Positions 17,436-26,156 of a stretch of 39,762 nt of DNA are shown in pieces. Made by a program: the position numbers and the translations under genes. A model generated the notes under the pieces. That model made no database searches. It was not told the origin of the DNA and worked only from the letters and a program-made list of their open reading frames with translations. Numbering within the stretch: position 1 is the stretch's first letter; the number at the start of each line of letters is the position of its first letter. The stretch is from assembly GCA_964558235.1 (NCBI GenBank), contig CAZLCK010000001.1, positions 33,943 to 73,704 on the forward strand, written 5' to 3'. Source of the stretch: an uncultured Coriobacteriaceae bacterium (GTDB lineage: Bacteria > Actinomycetota > Coriobacteriia > Coriobacteriales > CADBOM01).

Positions 17436-19076
17436 TTAGGCGCTGATCTCAGGAATTTGTGGCATAGTAGGCCCAATATCATCTTCTATAACGCCAAGCT
17501 CTCCAGTTGCATCTGCATCAGATATAACCATCGGTGGCTTAACAACAATAGTTGGAGGAATCTCACCTCGCACAGCTTCCGGTGTCACAATCACTTCTTT
17601 TACGTCATCGCGTCCCGGAAGATCAAACATTGTATCTAACAATACTCGCTCACAAATTGATCTTAAGCCTCTAGCTCCAATACCGTGCGTCATTGCCTCA
17701 TGAGCAATCTCATGCAAAGCCTCATCTGTGAAAATAAGCTCGACACCATCAAATTTAAATAAGCGCTTATACTGCTTAACTAAGGCATTTTTTGGTTCAG
17801 TTAAGATCCTTACCAAGCCATCCTCAGAAAGCTCTTCAATCGGGCAAATCACAGGAATACGCCCAACAAACTCAGGAATCATGCCATAACGCTGTAGATC
17901 CTCTGGCAAAACTTCCTTTAAAAGCTCAGCATTTTCCTCGATACTCGTAGATTTTTCCTCTACAGTAAATCCAATGGAGCCCTTGCCAATTCTGTCAGCA
18001 ATAATTTTTTCAAGGCCAACAAAAGCTCCACCCAAAATAAATAGGATATTAGTTGTATCGATGTGAATCAGCTCTTGACGCGGATGTTTTCTTCCACCCT
18101 GAGGAGGGACGCTAGCCTCTGTTCCCTCAACAATCTTAAGCAGTGCCTGTTGTACGCCCTCACCAGAAACATCACGAGTAATCGATACATTTTCCGATTT
18201 CTTTGCAATCTTATCGATCTCATCGATATAAATAATTCCGATTTGTGCACGGTCAATATCAAAATCTGCTGCTGTAATGAGCTTAAGCAGAATGCTCTCA
18301 ACATCCTCACCAACATATCCAGCCTCTGTTAGAGCAGTTGCATCAGCGATTGCAAATGGAACTTTCAAAATCTTTGCAAGAGTTTGTGCAAGAAGAGTCT
18401 TACCACATCCAGTTGGCCCTAAAAGCAAGATATTACTCTTTGCTAGCTCAACATCGGTTTGGTTTTGATCTTCCATGCCAATACGCTTGTAGTGGTTATA
18501 GACTGCAACAGAAAGCGTACGCTTTGCAGACTCCTGTCCAATAACGTAGCGAGAAAGCTCATCATAGAGCTGCTGCGGCGTAGGTAGATTTTGCAAAATC
18601 TCACCCTGAATAAGCCCGAAATTACCCTCATCATAATTGTCATTGGAAACTTCTTGAGCCATCTGGTCGGACAAGTGCTGTTCTTGGTATACATCCTCTG
18701 AAAATTGCCATCTTTGTGCCCTCTTATCGAGAGAAAAAAGTCTTTGTTTAGCACTTGCCTGACGAAGTGAATCTAGACCCGTATTTGGATCTGTGTCCTC
18801 AATATGATCGAAACCTGGCGGAACACTATAGCCATAGTCCACCATATCGAGGCAAAGCCTTAAGCAATCGTCACAAATCAACAAGTTCTGATTACCGACG
18901 AGCTGATACACCTCATCACGAGATCTACCGCAAAATGCGCATCTTAATATGTCTTCGTTCGATCCATTTTTAGAACCATGGCTACCTTGAAAACTACTTT
19001 TATTGCCGCGGCCAGAGGATGAATCAAACGAATTTCCATTGTTATCGCCTGGATATTCAGTATGGTCATCGGACAT
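17436..19076 (-). CDS. clpX: ATP-dependent Clp protease ATPase subunit ClpX
   Basis: C4 zinc finger, [20 protein letters not shown] and IGF loop. Confidence 0.96.
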   Translation of the reverse strand: MSDDHTEYPGDNNGNSFDSSSGRGNKSSFQGSHGSKNGSNEDILRCAFCGRSRDEVYQLVGNQNLLICDDCLRLCLDMVDYGYSVPPGFDHIEDTDPNTGLDSLRQASAKQRLFSLDKRAQRWQFSEDVYQEQHLSDQMAQEVSNDNYDEGNFGLIQGEILQNLPTPQQLYDELSRYVIGQESAKRTLSVAVYNHYKRIGMEDQNQTDVELAKSNILLLGPTGCGKTLLAQTLAKILKVPFAIADATALTEAGYVGEDVESILLKLITAADFDIDRAQIGIIYIDEIDKIAKKSENVSITRDVSGEGVQQALLKIVEGTEASVPPQGGRKHPRQELIHIDTTNILFILGGAFVGLEKIIADRIGKGSIGFTVEEKSTSIEENAELLKEVLPEDLQRYGMIPEFVGRIPVICPIEELSEDGLVRILTEPKNALVKQYKRLFKFDGVELIFTDEALHEIAHEAMTHGIGARGLRSICERVLLDTMFDLPGRDDVKEVIVTPEAVRGEIPPTIVVKPPMVISDADATGELGVIEDDIGPTMPQIPEISA

Positions 19077-19176
19077 ATTTAAATCCCGCCTTCATAAGCA
19101 TCAAGCCTTCTGTGGTCTCTCAAAATTACCACAAAAAGGCTTGAGCAATTACTACAAAAACAAAACTAAAAAATCT

Positions 19177-19794
19177 TTATTCTGCAGTTTCACTATTGGT
19201 CTCGATAACCTTATCAACAAGACCATATTCCATAGCTTCTTGCGCAGACATAAAGTTATCACGCTCAGTGTCTGCCTGGATCTTCTCGATAGATTGGCCT
19301 GTATGCTTTGCCAATATCCCATTCATGCGCTCACGAACATACAAGATCTCGCGTGCTGCAATCTCGATCTCGGTCTGCTGTCCTTGAGCTCCACCACTTG
19401 GCTGATGGATCATAACTCTGGAATTTGGAAGAGCATATCTTTTACCCTTAGCTCCAGCAGCGAGCAAAACCGATGCCATAGATGCGCATTGACCAATGCA
19501 GATTGTAGAGACATCTGGCTTAATAAATTGCATAGTGTCATAGATTGCAAGACCCGATGTAATAACTCCACCAGGCGAATTGATATAAAGAGAAATATCC
19601 TTATCGCTGTTGACGCTTTCTAGGTGCAAAAGCTGAGCTACAACAGAATTTGCAACATGATCATCGATCGCCTCACCCAAAAAGACGATTCTTTCGTTTA
19701 GTAGTCGTGAATAGATGTCGAAGCTACGCTCGCCTCTGGGTGACTCCTCAATAACATAGGGGATTAGTGCATCGCGACTCCTGTAATCTATCAT
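19177..19794 (-). CDS. clpP: Clp protease proteolytic subunit
   Basis: [19 protein letters not shown] and MIHQP motifs. Confidence 0.97.
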   Translation of the reverse strand: MIDYRSRDALIPYVIEESPRGERSFDIYSRLLNERIVFLGEAIDDHVANSVVAQLLHLESVNSDKDISLYINSPGGVITSGLAIYDTMQFIKPDVSTICIGQCASMASVLLAAGAKGKRYALPNSRVMIHQPSGGAQGQQTEIEIAAREILYVRERMNGILAKHTGQSIEKIQADTERDNFMSAQEAMEYGLVDKVIETNSETAE

Positions 19795-19853
19795 TTCTAA
19801 TTCATCTCCCTTTAAAACCTACTAATCATTTACGCTCGATGCTATTTCAACGC

Positions 19854-21458
19854 TTACTCTTCTTCAGACTCTTCTTTCTTTGCCTTTGTAGATTTAGCAG
19901 CCTTAGATGTCTTTTTCTCATCAGACTTCTCAGAACTCTTCTTTGTGGTGCTCTTTGTGCTCTTGGTGCTCTTAGAAGTTTCATCTTTTGTGGAGCTCTT
20001 CTTAGCACTTGTAGACTTCTTAGTAGAAGATTTCTTCTCTTCAGCCTTCTTTTCGTCTTTGTCGTCGGCCTTCTTTTTGCTCTTCTCTTTAGTCTTATCC
20101 TTATCGGCTTTCTCGTCGGCCTTATCCTTACCAGCCTCTTTATCTTTTTCAGTAGACTTGTTTGGATCTACAAAGGTTACCTTTGCGTTCTCATAGAGCC
20201 ACTTAGCTGCTTTATCGCGGCGAATCTCCTCGCGCAAAGTTGCCATTCTATGTTCTTGTTCCCACTGCTTGCGAGTAGCAGCTGGATCATCAAGATTAGA
20301 CTCTTTAAAAGCTGTATCTATATCCTCTTCAGTCACATCACAACCAAGAGCCTTAGCAAGTGCATCTAAAGCCATGTCCTGCTTTGCTAGCATCTTGCCC
20401 TGCTCCTCTATATCCTTCATAAAGTCCTCGGCCTTATGACCGGTAAACATCAGATATTGATCGAGAGTAATTCCTTGTGCTTCTAAGTTTGCATAGAGAT
20501 TGCGCAATGCTTTATTCTGGCACTCTCGGATAACCTCTTCAGTTGGCTCTCCCTCAAGACGCTCAGCTAAAACCTCTAAACATTCGATCGACTTATTACG
20601 ATCGATCCTCGACTCCTTCTCAGCGGCAATGCTCTCGCCAACCTGCTTACGAAGCCCTGCGACATCCTCTGCATCACTTGTGTTCTTGACCCACTCATCT
20701 GTAAGCTCAGGCATCTTCTTTTCGGTTATCTCAAGAACTGTGAGCTTGCAGGTGATCTGCACTAGTGGATATTCCTGCTCGAGTCCAAGTTCCGAGCTTG
20801 GAAGATCAACCGTTGTGGTCTGCGCTATCTTGGTTCCAACTAGCGCCTTGTCAAGATCGGTCATGTTCTCGCCAGTTGCAATAACATGAGTTGTCTTCTC
20901 TTCCTTGCCCTCCTCAATCTCTTTGCCATTGATCTCGCAGGTGCGCGAATAAGAGACGATATCATCCTCTTGAACTGGTCTATCATCAACGCTCTCAAGG
21001 TCGATATAGTAACTGCGCAAAAGATCGATCTGTGCGTCAATCTCCTCATCAGTTGCAACAGGAGAAGGAAGTTCAACCTCAACTGGGTCTATCGAACTCA
21101 AAGAAAGCTCTGGCTTAATAACAATTGTGAATGAGTAAGTGTAATCCTTGCCATTCTCAACAATAGCGTCATCTGTATCATATTCATAATCACGAAGAGC
21201 GATAAAATCTGCATCATCAACCGCTGCAGGAGAATACTCCTCGATAAGATTCGCCGTCGCCATAGAGGTGAAATACTCAGCCCCAAAATTGTGTTCTAGA
21301 ACGGTCTTTGGAGCCTTGCCTTTTCTAAAACCGGGAATGCGAGTATTTTTATTAACTTGCTTGTAAACAGCATCGATAGCCTCATCGACAGTCTTAGCAT
21401 CTATTGTTATTTCAAACTTAACCTTGTTGTCCTCTAAACGCTCGGTTTTAGTATTCAA
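19854..21458 (-). CDS. tig: Trigger factor with a long Lys/Ser/Thr-rich C-terminal tail
   Basis: IPGFRKGKAP ribosome-binding motif; tig-clpP-clpX synteny; TTG start. Confidence 0.92.
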   Translation of the reverse strand: MNTKTERLEDNKVKFEITIDAKTVDEAIDAVYKQVNKNTRIPGFRKGKAPKTVLEHNFGAEYFTSMATANLIEEYSPAAVDDADFIALRDYEYDTDDAIVENGKDYTYSFTIVIKPELSLSSIDPVEVELPSPVATDEEIDAQIDLLRSYYIDLESVDDRPVQEDDIVSYSRTCEINGKEIEEGKEEKTTHVIATGENMTDLDKALVGTKIAQTTTVDLPSSELGLEQEYPLVQITCKLTVLEITEKKMPELTDEWVKNTSDAEDVAGLRKQVGESIAAEKESRIDRNKSIECLEVLAERLEGEPTEEVIRECQNKALRNLYANLEAQGITLDQYLMFTGHKAEDFMKDIEEQGKMLAKQDMALDALAKALGCDVTEEDIDTAFKESNLDDPAATRKQWEQEHRMATLREEIRRDKAAKWLYENAKVTFVDPNKSTEKDKEAGKDKADEKADKDKTKEKSKKKADDKDEKKAEEKKSSTKKSTSAKKSSTKDETSKSTKSTKSTTKKSSEKSDEKKTSKAAKSTKAKKEESEEE

Positions 21459-21573
21459 CTTTAACCAACTTTCCTTAACTTCTCTTTGCCACCATTGTGA
21501 CCTATTTTTAGACTACGGATAAACTTAAGTCAATATACACCAACACACGCACTTTGATACTGAAAAGTATGAC

Positions 21574-23247
21574 TCACACACCATTGCAAATGTCTCTACG
21601 GTATTTTCTTATCATCTCCAATGTTGCATAAGTCTTATCTAGGTTAACCCCAAAGGCCCGCTCAATCTCCTTAAAGATAGGAGGCTGATAGCTAATGTTG
21701 TAGATATCTTGCCCAATGTTTTTACACGATGCACCAGTTAGCGCGGCCTTGATATCAGCAATTGAACACTTTTTATCGAGCATTCTTTCGAGCTTACACT
21801 CCAATACCATAGATATGTAAGAAACTAAGAAATATGCCTGAACATCTTTATATGTCCAAAGCGACTCTGGCATACCCTCTATATCTGGATCTGGAACAGA
21901 GAAAGTCCTGACAATTTTTTGTAGCTCATGGTAGCGTTTGATAATTACCGAATCTGGAATATCAAGCTCGGTCGTAACAAGAGCATAGTAACCATCTAGT
22001 GCAAGATCACGCTGATAAGATTCTGCATCAAAGGTAAAGAAGTTCTGTTCGATTGGGGCTTCATCTGGAATCTCCGTTGTATCGTGAACACTAATGTATC
22101 GCTCGATATCGGAGGAAGTATCAAAGCCATAACTCTCCTGGTTGGACAAAAAGTCGATGATCGAGGTATCTCTGCGCTGTTTCATCTTTGCAGCGTTATG
22201 CGAGGTCCACATCACAATAGCTTTTTCTGGAATTGAGGTATCTCCAACTGTATGATCTGCTTGAAAAGTCTTGTACTTAAACGTGCCGGCCTTGTTCCAC
22301 TTATATCCCTTCTCATCAAGAATAATCTCTTGAATAGAAGCTCTCGAACCCTTGACGTTGCGTCCGACGACATATCCATTGCCAGATTCATAAAGAGTAG
22401 CAAGTGCATGATTTGAACTAAACCCACGATCAGCTGTGATAACGATCTTTTTCAGAGAGTGCTTTTTCTTTAGTTTGTTGATCTCGTCTAAAAACGTATC
22501 TACGTTTGATTGTCCTTGAGGAAATACAACGCAAGCGATTGGATTTCTAAAACGGTCGAATAAAAATCCAACTTGCACCAATATCATCGAATCGACACCG
22601 TTAGAAAAACGTTCACTTGAAACGTTTTTCTTAGTATCAGCATTAAAGTAGTAGCTAGTTATATCAAGGGAAGCAACCTTGTCATCGCACTCGTATCCTT
22701 TGTTTGCAATACGATAGATATGCCTTTGTAAATCGGGCTGAATATCATTTAACAAACTAATAGTCTCAAGGCTTGGTGTTGGCTCAAAATCCGGATTTTC
22801 AAATACTGGATCTGGAATGTTAGACGCCTTTGACATAGGTAGTGAAACAAAAAACTCTCTAATTGAGTAGTACTTAAGCGCAGCAACGATCTTCTTTACC
22901 TTTTGCGAATCGCCGATCTTTCGCTCTAAAAAAGGCTCGATCTTAAGAGAGTCAAATAGAGCTTCGATAAAGAAATAGCCGTAATTGACTACGGTTGATG
23001 TCTTTGAATTTGGAAGATTAAAATTTATCGTTAGCTCACATTTTTTAGACAAAGACTCGCCAGTCATGCGCTTGGCCTCTTCCTTTAGCTTTTCAATCGC
23101 ATCGGGATCTTGAGCCACAAGCTCAGATAACTCACCACATTTTTTGACTATGCGTTGCCTAATTTTTTGATTTTCATCGCGATAGCTCTCGACAATATAG
23201 ACAAGCTCACGCTTGGTGGTTTTAGAGCGCTTTATGACAACAAACAT
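21574..23247 (-). CDS. IS1634-family (IS4-like DDE) transposase homolog, probably catalytically inactive
   Basis: N-terminal YIVESYRDE..KIRQR; D195 (LDITSYYF), D273 (TADRG), DGYYALVT. The expected W-x-IE-x-x-F-R-x-x-K motif reads QKIVRTFSVPD. No terminal inverted repeats seen. Confidence 0.8.
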   Translation of the reverse strand: MFVVIKRSKTTKRELVYIVESYRDENQKIRQRIVKKCGELSELVAQDPDAIEKLKEEAKRMTGESLSKKCELTINFNLPNSKTSTVVNYGYFFIEALFDSLKIEPFLERKIGDSQKVKKIVAALKYYSIREFFVSLPMSKASNIPDPVFENPDFEPTPSLETISLLNDIQPDLQRHIYRIANKGYECDDKVASLDITSYYFNADTKKNVSSERFSNGVDSMILVQVGFLFDRFRNPIACVVFPQGQSNVDTFLDEINKLKKKHSLKKIVITADRGFSSNHALATLYESGNGYVVGRNVKGSRASIQEIILDEKGYKWNKAGTFKYKTFQADHTVGDTSIPEKAIVMWTSHNAAKMKQRRDTSIIDFLSNQESYGFDTSSDIERYISVHDTTEIPDEAPIEQNFFTFDAESYQRDLALDGYYALVTTELDIPDSVIIKRYHELQKIVRTFSVPDPDIEGMPESLWTYKDVQAYFLVSYISMVLECKLERMLDKKCSIADIKAALTGASCKNIGQDIYNISYQPPIFKEIERAFGVNLDKTYATLEMIRKYRRDICNGV

Positions 23248-23424
23248 CTACAGCTCCTTATATGCAAAATATCCGCTTTATCCGCTCTACTAAGAAGAGT
23301 GCTAGCGATTAGAGTACCAGAACTCATTGATATAAGTCGTACGGGATTGGTGAAATGCGTTTTTAACACGCTGAACGAAAGGCTCCATTTTTATGAAGAA
23401 TATATTCGGTCATTGTGCATACGG

Positions 23425-23955
23425 TCATTGTGCAGGCAATAAGACATGCTCGAAATTTCCGTCGGAATAGATGCCAAAGCTATTTGAACCATCTTTTGGA
23501 ATTCCGACACTACCTGGATTAAAAAGCCTTACAGTATCGGATTTTGGGCAAAACCCGTTGAACTTAATATGCGTATGTCCTTGGATAAAGAGACTATTTT
23601 CTGTTAGACCCGCCGGTAAATTATCGGATGCAAAAATATGTCCATGAGTACAAAAGAGCTGTCTAGAAGCATCGAACAAGATTATATAGTCACTCATGCA
23701 TGGAAAGTCGAGTACCATCTGATCAACCTCGGCCTCGCAATTTCCTCTAACAGCTATTATCTCCTTAGAGATAGAATTGAGCATCTCGATGACTTTTTTT
23801 GGAGCGTAGTCGTTTGGTAGATCGTTTCTTGGCCCGTGATAGAGCAGATCACCTAATAGTAAGACACGGTCTGGTTGAATCTCTTCAATTGCATCCATCA
23901 ACTGCTTGCATCTTAGAGCTGCTCCATGTATGTCGGATGCGATCACAAGTTTCAT
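23425..23955 (-). CDS. yfcE: YfcE-like metallophosphoesterase (phosphodiesterase)
   Basis: SDIHG, GDLLYHGPRN, VRGNCEAEVDQM, THGH, GHTH and NPGS motifs. Confidence 0.9.
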   Translation of the reverse strand: MKLVIASDIHGAALRCKQLMDAIEEIQPDRVLLLGDLLYHGPRNDLPNDYAPKKVIEMLNSISKEIIAVRGNCEAEVDQMVLDFPCMSDYIILFDASRQLFCTHGHIFASDNLPAGLTENSLFIQGHTHIKFNGFCPKSDTVRLFNPGSVGIPKDGSNSFGIYSDGNFEHVLLPAQ

Positions 23956-24036
23956 ATCTTTTTTTATCCCCTTATTCTTTAAACTTTGGCTTCTGTTAAC
24001 CCATCGTGGATATAACAGAGCCTAAACTTTTTTGTC

Positions 24037-25689
24037 TCACAACTTAGTTACCTGTTCATACGAATTGCCAAACGCAACATCTCTTATGCCATCACTTGAG
24101 CTAAATGGATCTGACAAAATCCATGGAATATATCTCCAATCTTGCAAAAAACAGATGTCGATTGGATCTCCATTTGCATAGCCAACGTCTTCTAAAACGC
24201 TATCCTTTGCCACAAATACACGTTTATAAGTGATCTCAGCATAATTTGAGGTTAAATCTTCTAGCCAAGCCGTCGCGTTAACAATATTTTGATTTTCATC
24301 GTAGCTAAATTGCATAGAAGTTACCGCTGGAAAAGCCTCATCATCACTGCTAAAAGGCCATAGATCGCGCAAATAATAGAGAGCCGATCTTTCAACAGTT
24401 CGTGTCGCATTATTTAGATTGCCATCTTCGTCGTAAGTAAAGTTTTCGGTAAAGATCCCATAATCATCCATATCACTTACAATCGAGATACACCTGCCGG
24501 CTTCGTCATATGTGATTGTATGAGAGCGATCCCCGCTTTCAGAGACATAAGACACAAGACGACCTGCCTCATCGTAGGTCAAATTGATAGGATCATCGCA
24601 CTCAATACGAACTACGAGACCATTGTCATCATATGCATAGCTATACGTAGTTGAATCTTCACTATCTTGCGAGGTTATGGTATATGCAGCCACACGATTT
24701 TGCTCGTCATAGGTATATGAATAGTCAACTCTATTAGCGCTATCAGCTGCTAGCGTAAGCCTTCCTTGCTCATCATAGGTTAATTTCCAAGAAGACGATC
24801 CGTCGCTACTCGCAATAACAGCCGATACTAGCTTACCCTCTTCGTCATACGTATAGGTTGCATTTCCATATATATCATCTCCACTAAGTGCAATAGCAGT
24901 TATCTTATTCGATGCATCATAGGTGATATCTGTTTGCAAGGTGTAATCATAATTTCCACTGCTATCGCCACCCACATTGCAGACATATTGAGTTATGAGC
25001 CACTGCTCACTAAGCTGCGTGAATTCAAGACCAACAACTTGCAAACTCTCATCACAACTTAAGTTTTCTAGAAGCGTATTTGCAGATATATCAACCGTTG
25101 TAAGCAGGGTTTGGTCTAAAAGAAGATTCTTTATATTTTTACATGGTGAAATATCAAGCGTCTCAACCTGAGAGCCGGTCAAGTCCAAGGTCTCAAGTGA
25201 TTCTAAACCGCTCAAATCTAAGGTCGAAATAGAGCTGTCGGTGATGGTTAAAGTATTTAGCGATCCCATAGACGATACATCGACATTTTCAAGCGCCGAA
25301 CCACTAAGGGTTAGTGTTGCAAGATTAGGAAATATCTTTAGCTCAGTAACACTTTTTGCGTTATTGATCTCAAGCTCAACGAGATTAGCTGCCTCATCTC
25401 TTGTTATCCAGCCATCATTATCTACATCTGCAATTCTGACCGCTTGCCTAACAGCGCTATCGGTAAAATTTATAGCGTCGATTTTATAGGGTGAGGTCAT
25501 GGCTTGAAAGATATAAAACGCACCAACAATTGCGACAATCATCAAAGTCACAAGACAAACTATTGCGATATTTTTATGAAAACGCCTCTTGGTAATTGGA
25601 TTAATTGCACTAGCCGAAACGACTTCAAATGTAGGAGATTCTTCAACTGAATCTTGGTTCAAAGCGTCGTCATGAATGTCACGACTCAT
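24037..25689 (-). CDS. Membrane-anchored LRR + YD-repeat protein
   Basis: TM helix, EF-hand-like DVDNDGWITRDE, several LxxLxL repeats, nine YDxxG/N repeats; ATG after GGAGG. Confidence 0.8.
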   Translation of the reverse strand: MSRDIHDDALNQDSVEESPTFEVVSASAINPITKRRFHKNIAIVCLVTLMIVAIVGAFYIFQAMTSPYKIDAINFTDSAVRQAVRIADVDNDGWITRDEAANLVELEINNAKSVTELKIFPNLATLTLSGSALENVDVSSMGSLNTLTITDSSISTLDLSGLESLETLDLTGSQVETLDISPCKNIKNLLLDQTLLTTVDISANTLLENLSCDESLQVVGLEFTQLSEQWLITQYVCNVGGDSSGNYDYTLQTDITYDASNKITAIALSGDDIYGNATYTYDEEGKLVSAVIASSDGSSSWKLTYDEQGRLTLAADSANRVDYSYTYDEQNRVAAYTITSQDSEDSTTYSYAYDDNGLVVRIECDDPINLTYDEAGRLVSYVSESGDRSHTITYDEAGRCISIVSDMDDYGIFTENFTYDEDGNLNNATRTVERSALYYLRDLWPFSSDDEAFPAVTSMQFSYDENQNIVNATAWLEDLTSNYAEITYKRVFVAKDSVLEDVGYANGDPIDICFLQDWRYIPWILSDPFSSSDGIRDVAFGNSYEQVTKL

Positions 25690-26156
25690 GGCCTCGGCCT
25701 CCACTTTCCTTTAGTATTTGTCATCTTGAATACAGCTCCTACAAAAATTCGGAAATTATTTTGCCATATTTTTTTAAATTGGCATACAGATTCCCTCAAC
25801 ACCCTTTCAGACAAAAAAAGATTGTAAAAAACGGTATTTTTAAGCGGTTTTGCAATCTGACATAACAAACTTGCACGTTTATTGAGATAATCCGCCATTT
25901 GCTGTATTCGTCAGTGCTGCCAAAAACACCCCAGGAACTTAGAGAATATGCCAATAGTCGTAATCTTTTTTGGCCTTATACTTATGCTGAGAATGCGTGA
26001 CTTGTCACCAACCAAAACGTACAAATCCAAAGATATTGTGTTTAGTGCAACACTTGCTGATCAGAGTTTTCGATTTAGTAATTTTTGTATTTGTGTGAGG
26101 GTGTGAGATTAAGAGCACGCAACCCAAGTTTTCTTAGACCAAAGAAAGAGGGAATG

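Noticed and set aside
19003-20369. Long plus-strand ORFs (206 aa and 200 aa) opposite clpP and tig
   Set aside because: Antisense shadows of well-supported genes and of the low-complexity tig tail; no RBS or recognisable motifs. The same applies to the other short overlapping ORFs in the track.
21459-23424. Complete active IS element
   Set aside because: No terminal inverted repeats were found by eye and the catalytic Glu is missing, so it is reported as a CDS only.
23407-23434. 13-bp direct repeat CGGTCATTGTGCA as a target-site duplication of the IS1634-like gene
   Set aside because: Both copies are on the same side of the transposase. It is a local tandem duplication of the yfcE stop region.
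25686-25724. Short leader ORF MTNTKGKWRPRP overlapping the LRR-YD start
   Set aside because: RBS spacing is long (11 nt) and there is no attenuator structure; likely chance.
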